Source of the DNA: Dehalococcoidia bacterium
Lineage (GTDB): Bacteria; Chloroflexota; Dehalococcoidia; UBA2979
Reading direction: 5' to 3'
Assembly: GCA_964291495.2 (NCBI GenBank)
Contig: OZ219871.1
Coordinates: forward strand, 1,408,001-1,472,000
DNA: 64,000 nt
Both the position numbers and the translations under genes were made by a program. Of the stretch, positions 57,514 to 64,000 are shown in pieces; position 1 is the stretch's first letter, and every line of letters begins with the position of its first letter. The notes under the pieces were generated by a model. The model was not told the DNA's origin. It saw only the letters and a program-made list of their open reading frames with translations, and made no database searches.

Positions 57514-58800
57514 CTACCCCCCGATCACCCCGTCCCGCCGCAGCGCCGCGATCGCCGAGGGCGCAAGGCCCGCCTCGGCGAGCACCTCGGCGGTGTGCGC
57601 GCCGATCGGGGGCGAGGCGCGCTCGATCGAGGTCGGGGTGGCGGAGAGCTCGACGACGGGGGCAACGACGCGCTGCGGGCCGGTCACCTCGTGCTCGATC
57701 TCGCGCATGTGGCCCGCCGCGACGACCTGCGGGTCGTCGGCCAGCTCTTCCGGGAGCAGGACCGGGGCGATCGGGACGCCATCGGCGCCGAGCGTGTCCA
57801 TCCACTCGCCCGTCGTGCGCTCGGCGAAGCGCGCCGCCATGTAGGCGACCCGCTCGTCGCCGTAGGCGATGCTCGCGGGGTCCGAGGCGTCGTAGTCCGG
57901 GTCGTCGGCGCGGTCGTCCGTGATCTCGAGCGCCTCGCGCACAAGCGCGCGCGTGCGAGGCGTGATCGCGCCGAGCATGATCAGCCCGCCGTCCGCGGTC
58001 TGGTAGGCGTGGCTGAAGCCGCGCAGCGCCGCCGTGTCCGACTGCCGCTGCCCCGCCCGCACATCGAGGATCTCCTCGTAGCTGCCGCCGCGCGCGCGGA
58101 TCGCCCGCACCTCCTCGATCATCGGGTCGCGCGTTGCGGCGTCGCTGACCGGCTCGCGCATCACGACGGTGTCCTGGATCGCCAGCGAGGAGCGCAGCAG
58201 CGAGGCCTCCACGCGCTGGCCCTCGCCCGTGCGCTCGCGGTGGAAGAGCGCGGCGAGGATGCCCGCCGCACCGGAGAAGCCCGCCGAGTAGTCGGCCAGC
58301 GCGGTGGCCGCGAGGTGCAGCGGTTCGCCCTCGGGGCCGACCTTGGCGCCGCCGACGATGATGCCGGCGAAGGCGGTCATCGTCGGGTCGGTCGCGGTGC
58401 GGTCGCTGAGCGGGCCGCCGTGGCCCCAGCCCGTGATCTCGCAGTAGACGAGGTCCGGGCGCAGCTCGCGCAGCGTCTCGTAGTCGAGCCCGTAGCGCTC
58501 GGCTGCGCCGGGCCGCAGGTTCTGCGTCACCACGTCGAAGTGCGGGACGAGCCGCCGCGCGAGATCCCTCCCGGCGGGCTGACTCAGGTCGATCGCGATG
58601 CCGCGCTTGTTGCGGTTGAGCGACTGGAAGCGCTTGCCCTCGTTGGGAACGATCGCGCCCCAGCGGCGGTGCTGATCGCCGTCCGGCGGCTCCACCTTGA
58701 CCACGTCCGCCCCGAGGTCGGCCAGCACGCAGCCGAGAAACGGCGCGGCCACCACCTGCGAGAACTCGAGGACGCGGACACCCTCGAGGGCGCCGCTCAC
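57514..58800 (-). CDS. Family III (CaiB/BaiF) CoA transferase
   Basis: LEGVRVLEF, LADLGADVVKVEPPDGD, NRNKR, LADY. Confidence 0.92.
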   Translation of the reverse strand: MSGALEGVRVLEFSQVVAAPFLGCVLADLGADVVKVEPPDGDQHRRWGAIVPNEGKRFQSLNRNKRGIAIDLSQPAGRDLARRLVPHFDVVTQNLRPGAAERYGLDYETLRELRPDLVYCEITGWGHGGPLSDRTATDPTMTAFAGIIVGGAKVGPEGEPLHLAATALADYSAGFSGAAGILAALFHRERTGEGQRVEASLLRSSLAIQDTVVMREPVSDAATRDPMIEEVRAIRARGGSYEEILDVRAGQRQSDTAALRGFSHAYQTADGGLIMLGAITPRTRALVREALEITDDRADDPDYDASDPASIAYGDERVAYMAARFAERTTGEWMDTLGADGVPIAPVLLPEELADDPQVVAAGHMREIEHEVTGPQRVVAPVVELSATPTSIERASPPIGAHTAEVLAEAGLAPSAIAALRRDGVIGG

Positions 58801-59579
58801 GCGCCGCCCTCGGAGCGACCGCGCCAGGGCTCGTGCTGCTTGGCGCTGCCGCGTGTCTGATAGAGCATCATCTGGCGGAACAGGTCCGCCTGCTCGGTCG
58901 CCGCGAGGCCGGCGTCGTAGCCGTAGCGCAGCGACTCGCGCGCGAGGCGCAGCGCCTGCGGCGGGTAGGAGATGATCTCCTGCATCGTCTCGCGCGCCGC
59001 CGGCAGCAACTCGTCCGGCTCGTGCACGGAGACGACGAGGCCGATGCGTTTCGCCTCCTCGGCGCTGACGGCGCGCCCGGTGAGCGCCATGTGCAGCGCG
59101 TTGCCGCGCCCGACGAAGCGCGCGAGGCGCAGCGTGCCGCCGTAGGCGGGCAGGATGCCGAGGCTGGTCTGCGGCAGCCGGAAGCTCGCCTCGCTGCTGG
59201 CGAGGATGAAGTCCGTACAGCAGCACATCAGGCAGCCGACGCCGATCGCGTAACCGTTGACGGCAGCGATCACCGGCTTCGAGTAGGCCCCGAGGACGTC
59301 GAAGATCGGGCTGCCCTGGTGCTCCTCCAGGTAGGACTCGGCGTCGTCGACGTTGTGCGTCGACTCCTCCTTGAGGTCGGCGCCAGCGCTGAAGGCGCGT
59401 CCCGCGCCGGTGAGGATGACGCCGCCGACTTCCGGGTTGGCCTCGGCGGCGATCAGCTCCTCGACGGTGTGCGCGCTGACCTCGCTGCCCCAGGCGTTGA
59501 GGCGGCTCGTGCGGTCGATCGTGACGACGGCGACGCCGTCGCCGACCTCGGTGCGGGCGTAGCGGGGAGAGTCGCTCAT
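58797..59579 (-). CDS. Enoyl-CoA hydratase/isomerase family protein
   Basis: GRAFSAGADL, KPVIAAVNGYAIG, LGILP..GG. Confidence 0.92.
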   Translation of the reverse strand: MSDSPRYARTEVGDGVAVVTIDRTSRLNAWGSEVSAHTVEELIAAEANPEVGGVILTGAGRAFSAGADLKEESTHNVDDAESYLEEHQGSPIFDVLGAYSKPVIAAVNGYAIGVGCLMCCCTDFILASSEASFRLPQTSLGILPAYGGTLRLARFVGRGNALHMALTGRAVSAEEAKRIGLVVSVHEPDELLPAARETMQEIISYPPQALRLARESLRYGYDAGLAATEQADLFRQMMLYQTRGSAKQHEPWRGRSEGGA

Positions 59580-60181
59580 GCGTCGCCTCCCCAGCGCTCC
59601 CAGTGCAGCACCTCGTCGATCGGCTTGCGGCCGAGCGGGCCGAAGCGGCCCATCGGCCAGCCGACCGGGATAGTCGAGCCGATGTAGACGTCGTCGGGGA
59701 TGCCGAAGTGCGCCTTGATCTCGTCCTCGGCGCCGGCCTGGAACGTGGTCATCGCGGCGCCGAGGCCGAGGCCGCGCGCGGCGAGCAGCAGGTTCTGGGT
59801 GGCGGGGAAGATCGTGGACCACATCGTCGCGCGGATCGGGCGTTCGGCAGTCGGGTAGGCGTTGCGGACGCAGCAGAAGATCACGGCGGGCGTCTCGTGG
59901 AAGTGAGTGATCAGGTAGCGCACCGCGCGCATCATCCGCCCCTGCGCGTCGTCCTCGGGAGGTCTGCTGAACTGGCCCATGCGGCGCTGCAGGATGTCCG
60001 CGAGGAACTGCATGTCCTCGCGGTTGGTGACGACGACGAAGCCCCAGTGCTGCGTGTTGCCCGCCGAGGGCGCGCGCGTCGCCGCATGCACCAGCTTCTC
60101 GAGCAGCTCGCGCGGGACGGGGTCCGGCTTGAGCCGCCGCATCGCGCGGTTCGTGTCCATCGCCTCGAAGAGGTCCATCAC
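59576..60181 (-). CDS. Nitroreductase family protein
   Basis: RAMRR...PVP, APSAGNTQHW, QNLLLAARGLGLG. Confidence 0.9.
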   Translation of the reverse strand: MMDLFEAMDTNRAMRRLKPDPVPRELLEKLVHAATRAPSAGNTQHWGFVVVTNREDMQFLADILQRRMGQFSRPPEDDAQGRMMRAVRYLITHFHETPAVIFCCVRNAYPTAERPIRATMWSTIFPATQNLLLAARGLGLGAAMTTFQAGAEDEIKAHFGIPDDVYIGSTIPVGWPMGRFGPLGRKPIDEVLHWERWGGDA

Positions 60182-60213
60182 GTCTCCTTCCGGTGGTCGC
60201 GCGCTGTCGGGGT

Positions 60214-61095
60214 CTACCCGCGGTAAGCCTCGATGAAGCTGGTGATCGCGTCGATGTGCTGCTGGGGCGAGGTCAGGCCCGCGTTCATCGTGTTGAACGA
60301 GAGGTGCGTCGCGCCCGCCTCTTCCCAGCTCTCGGCCATCGCGAGCTGCGCGTCGAGGTCGCCGTCGAGGACGGCGGCGCGGGTGCAGAGCGCGATCGCG
60401 TCGGGGTCGCGGCCCGCCTCGCGCGCGTGCTCCCTGATCCGCCCGAAGCGGAAGAGGATGTCGTCGCGGTTGCGCTCGTGATCGTCGGGGAACTGGTCGC
60501 GCGGGATGAAGCCGGAGCCGTAGCGGCCGCAGCGGCGCAGCACGGGGCTGGACATGCCGCCGAACCAGATCGGGATCTCGCGCTCAGGCCGCGGGTTGAT
60601 GCCGGCGTGGCGCACCGTGTCGAAGCGGCCCTCGAAGGTGACGAGCTCCTCGGTCCAGAGCCGCTGCAGCAGCTCCAGCTGCTCCTCGGTGCGGCGGCCG
60701 CGGCGGTGGTAGTCCTCGCCCAGCACCTCGAACTCGACCTGGTTCCAGCCCACGCCGACGCCGAGGATCAGCCGCCCGCCGGTGAGCAGATCGACCTCGG
60801 TGGCCTGCTTGGCGACGAGGGCGGTCTGGCGCTGCGGCAGGATCAGGATGCCCGTGACGAGGTCCAAGCGCTGCGTGATCGCGGCGAGGTAGCCGAACAG
60901 CACGAACGGCTCGTGGAACATCGACTCGTGCGTGTAGGGACCGATCAACGTGTGCTTCGAGGGGTCCGCGCCGATCACGTGGTCGAAGGCGACGAAGAAG
61001 TCGTAGCCGAGCTCCTCGGCGGCGACGGCGAAGTCGCGGACCGGTCCGGGATCGCTGCCGATCTCCGTCTGTGGGAACACCGCGCCGAGTTGCAT
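60214..61095 (-). CDS. LLM-class, probably F420-dependent oxidoreductase
   Basis: AEELGYD...DHV, HEPF, ILILPQRQ, GVGVGWN..EF. Confidence 0.9.
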   Translation of the reverse strand: MQLGAVFPQTEIGSDPGPVRDFAVAAEELGYDFFVAFDHVIGADPSKHTLIGPYTHESMFHEPFVLFGYLAAITQRLDLVTGILILPQRQTALVAKQATEVDLLTGGRLILGVGVGWNQVEFEVLGEDYHRRGRRTEEQLELLQRLWTEELVTFEGRFDTVRHAGINPRPEREIPIWFGGMSSPVLRRCGRYGSGFIPRDQFPDDHERNRDDILFRFGRIREHAREAGRDPDAIALCTRAAVLDGDLDAQLAMAESWEEAGATHLSFNTMNAGLTSPQQHIDAITSFIEAYRG

Positions 61096-61166
61096 CGTCA
61101 CCCGCCTTCCGGCTGCCGCAGCCCGAGCCGCGCTGTGCGGCGCCCCGGCGGGCGCCTCGGTGGGGG

Positions 61167-62846
61167 CTAAGTGTACGCGTCGCCCGCGCCGGGCAGATCG
61201 GCGAGCGAGATGATCGGCGAGGCGTCCTGCGCCGTGAGCGCATCGATCAGGTACGGCCCCGGCGTGGACAGCGCCGTCTGCAGCGCCACCTCGAACGCCT
61301 CGAGGTTGGTGACGCGCTCGCCCTGTCCGCCCATCGCGCGCGCGACGCCGGAGAAGTCGACGTCGGAGAAGAGCGAGCGCAGCGGCTGCTCGCGTCGCGC
61401 CTCGATGTGCGTGATCCAGGCGAGCGCGGCGTTGTTGAGCACGATGTAGGTGAGGTCCAACCCGAGCCGCGCGGCCGTCTCGAACTCGCTCAGGCAGTAG
61501 CCCCAGGCGCCGTCGCCGGTGAGCAGCACCATGCGCCGCTCGGGCGGCGTCGCCAGCCGCGCGCCGACCGCGCCGCCGCCGCCCCAGCCGATGCCGGCGA
61601 GGCCGCGCGGCGCGATGAAGGAGCGGGGCCGGCGCACGGGCACGAAGGCCGCGCCCCAGCCCGAGGAGAGCGAGGCGTCGCAGACCAGCACGTCGTCCTC
61701 GCGCAGCGCCTCGCCGAGCACGTCGGCGAGCAGGTGCGGCGGGATCGCGCCCGCCGGGTCGGGCTGCGCCGCCCCGCCCTCGCCCTCGAGGGAGTCGAGC
61801 CAGTTGGCGCGCGGTGCGCGGCCGGCGAGGGCTTGTGTGAGGGCGCTCGCGGTCTCGCGCGCGTCGGCGACGATGCCGACGGCGACGGGGCCGGTGCGCC
61901 CGAGCTCCTCGCCGTCCACGTCGGCGTGGATCACGGCCTGGCCGGGTCCGGGCAGCTGCCAGGAGTGCGTGGTAAGCGAGCCGAGCTTGCAGCCGAGCAC
62001 CAGCACCACGTCGGCCGCCCGGAGCGCGGCGTTGCCGCGCACCGTGCCGAACTGGCCCGCCGCTCCGGCGGCGAGCGCGCTCGTCTCGTCGATCGTGCCC
62101 TTGCCGCTGATCGAGGTGGTGACCGGGATCTGCTGCGCCTCGGCCAGCTCGCGCACGGCCAGCGAGGCGTCGCTGAAGGTCACCCCGCCGCCGGCGAGGA
62201 TCAGTGGCCGCTCCGCTCCGGCAATCAGCGCGGCGGCCTGCTCGACGGCGTCCGGCGGCGGCGCGCTGCGGTGGCGCGGGTAGGCGAAGTCCGCCGGGCT
62301 CCACTGCAGCGGCCCCGAGGGCGGATCGGCCGCGTCGGCGGAGAAGACGTCCTCGGGGATCTCAAGGACGACGGGGCCGGGCCGACCGCCGGTCGCGACG
62401 CGCAGCGCCTGCGCGAGCACGGGCTCGAGGCTGTCCGCCGTCTCGACGCGGCCGACCCACTTCGTGACCGGCGCGAGCAGCGCGGCCTGGTCGAGCGCCT
62501 GCGAGGCGGCGGCGCGGCGCCGCAGGTGCGCGCGGTCGCGCCGGATGTCGGCGACGATCGCGATCACGGGGATCGAGGAGCCGTGCGCCTCGGCAAGGCC
62601 CGAGACCAGGTTCGTCGCGCCCGGTCCGACCGTGGCGTCGCAGAAGCCGACGCTGCCGGAGAGGCGCGCGTGGGCGTCGGCGGCGCAGGCCGCGGCGCGC
62701 TCGTCACGCATCAGCACGTGCTGGAGTCCGGCGTCCTCGACGGCGGCGTAGAACGGCAGCGTCTGTCCGCCGGGCACGCCGAAGACCGCGCCGACTTCGC
62801 CGGCGGCGAGGATGCGCGCGAGGCGTGCGCCGACGGTCTCGCTCAC
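61167..62846 (-). CDS. Thiamine-diphosphate-binding protein (acetolactate synthase-like)
   Basis: FGVPGG, RDE, GPGATN, GDGA...NN motif. Confidence 0.9.
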   Translation of the reverse strand: MSETVGARLARILAAGEVGAVFGVPGGQTLPFYAAVEDAGLQHVLMRDERAAACAADAHARLSGSVGFCDATVGPGATNLVSGLAEAHGSSIPVIAIVADIRRDRAHLRRRAAASQALDQAALLAPVTKWVGRVETADSLEPVLAQALRVATGGRPGPVVLEIPEDVFSADAADPPSGPLQWSPADFAYPRHRSAPPPDAVEQAAALIAGAERPLILAGGGVTFSDASLAVRELAEAQQIPVTTSISGKGTIDETSALAAGAAGQFGTVRGNAALRAADVVLVLGCKLGSLTTHSWQLPGPGQAVIHADVDGEELGRTGPVAVGIVADARETASALTQALAGRAPRANWLDSLEGEGGAAQPDPAGAIPPHLLADVLGEALREDDVLVCDASLSSGWGAAFVPVRRPRSFIAPRGLAGIGWGGGGAVGARLATPPERRMVLLTGDGAWGYCLSEFETAARLGLDLTYIVLNNAALAWITHIEARREQPLRSLFSDVDFSGVARAMGGQGERVTNLEAFEVALQTALSTPGPYLIDALTAQDASPIISLADLPGAGDAYT

Positions 62847-64000
62847 GCGCCGCCACCGTCCGCGCTCGCCGGGGCCTTCGACTCTTCGAAGCGCTCCGCA
62901 CGCGAGCGTAGCTCCTCGGGGAGCTCCTGCCCGGCGTCGGCGTAGGCGCGGCGTGCGGCGGCGCCGCCGCGGCTGAAGGCGTGCTCGAAGCTGCCCTCGA
63001 ACCAGTCGCGGCTCTGCAGCACGCGCGGCAGCTGGCCCTGGAAGTGCGGCATCACGTAGCGCGCGAGCAGCTCGTAGCTGCGGAACGTCGCCTGCGTGTC
63101 GGCCCACTCGTGCGCGAGGCAGAGGATGCCGCCGAGCCCGCCCGAGCGCTCCTGCACGCCCTCGATCTGCTCGATCACGTCGTCGGGCGTGCCGATCGCG
63201 AGCCCGCCCTCATCGATTGCCGCACTGACATCGAGACCGGTGGCGCCGAACGCCTCGCCGAAGGCCTTGCTCTGGTGCTCCTCCGCGAGGTCGCCGATGT
63301 AGGCGCGGCGGCTGTAGCCGTCCTCGACCTCGGCGATCGCCTGCTCGCGGGTGGTCGCGATGTGGATCGGCAGCACCACGCGCCAGGTTCCGCGATCGGT
63401 CGGTCGGCCCGCCGCCTCGGCAGCCTCCTCGACCCAGCCCCAGGTGCGGGTGAAGCCGTCGTGGCTGGCCCCGGCGACGGAGAGCAGGCCGATGCCGTAG
63501 CGGCCTGCCGCCGTTGCGCCCGAGGGCGTGAAGGTGGTGGTGACGGCCACCTCGAGGTGCGGCTTCGTGAAGTTGGGCATCTGCAGGCGCGCCTCGTTGA
63601 GCGTGAACCAGTCGGTCTCCATCGTGACCGGCTCGTCGCCGCGCAGCAGCGCGAGGATCGCCTCGATCGACTCGTACATCATGCGCCGCTGCTCGGTCGG
63701 GTCGATGCCCAGCATGTAGGCGTCCGAGGTGAGCGCGCCGGGGCCGACGCCGAGCATCGCGCGGCCGTGCGTGAGGTGGTCCAGCATCAGCATCCGGTCG
63801 GCGACCATCAGCGGGTGGTGGTAGGGGAGGCTCAGTACGCCGGTCCCGAGGCGGATGCGGCGCGTGCGCTCGGCGGCGGCGGCGATGAAGGCGACGGGGT
63901 CCGCGATCGTCTCCCGCGCGCCGCTGTGATGCTCGCCGATCCAGGCCTCGTCGAAGCCCAGCTCGTCGAGGTGCTCGATCAGCCGCAGGTTGCGCTGCAG
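62843..64000 (-). CDS. LLM-class flavin-dependent monooxygenase (5' partial)
   Basis: GFDEAWIGEHHS, LGTGVLSLPYHHP, GVGPGAL; runs off the window end. Confidence 0.9.
   Translation of the reverse strand: MQRNLRLIEHLDELGFDEAWIGEHHSGARETIADPVAFIAAAAERTRRIRLGTGVLSLPYHHPLMVADRMLMLDHLTHGRAMLGVGPGALTSDAYMLGIDPTEQRRMMYESIEAILALLRGDEPVTMETDWFTLNEARLQMPNFTKPHLEVAVTTTFTPSGATAAGRYGIGLLSVAGASHDGFTRTWGWVEEAAEAAGRPTDRGTWRVVLPIHIATTREQAIAEVEDGYSRRAYIGDLAEEHQSKAFGEAFGATGLDVSAAIDEGGLAIGTPDDVIEQIEGVQERSGGLGGILCLAHEWADTQATFRSYELLARYVMPHFQGQLPRVLQSRDWFEGSFEHAFSRGGAAARRAYADAGQELPEELRSRAERFEESKAPASADGGGA

Overview
High-GC bacterial window that looks like Chloroflexota (Dehalococcoidia/SAR202-Tepidiformales-like; inferred from a Chloroflexus-type Mcl, LLM/CaiB-rich catabolism and the metK-ahcY-mtnP-PGM cluster). 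Contents in order: end of the spc/alpha ribosomal operon (rpsM-rpsK-rpsD-rpoA-rplQ-truA-rplM-rpsI); a form I aerobic CO dehydrogenase cluster; a SAM-cycle/purine-salvage operon; trxA; hydroxyacid dehydrogenases; a dispersed C5-dicarboxylyl-CoA module (mch, mcd, mcl, atypical SucCD-like ligase, fused CoA transferase); a class A PBP; gatCA; trpS and argS; a flavin/F420 catabolic operon. Top observations: (1) a ferredoxin:thioredoxin reductase catalytic subunit whose redox-active CHC motif reads CH-TGA, followed by a SECIS-like hairpin and 53 more in-frame codons, so probably a selenoprotein that the ORF track truncates; (2) a RelE-like toxin with an apparent CTG start, arranged tail-to-tail with a putative antitoxin between trpS and argS; (3) a lower-GC 3-TM gene with a LexA-like box inside its promoter; (4) a citryl-CoA-synthetase-like ligase next to ethylmalonyl-CoA-pathway enzymes. 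Frameshifts clustered at 49.7-56.2 kb, including one in argS, are most likely sequencing errors. No rRNA, tRNA or CRISPR array was seen.
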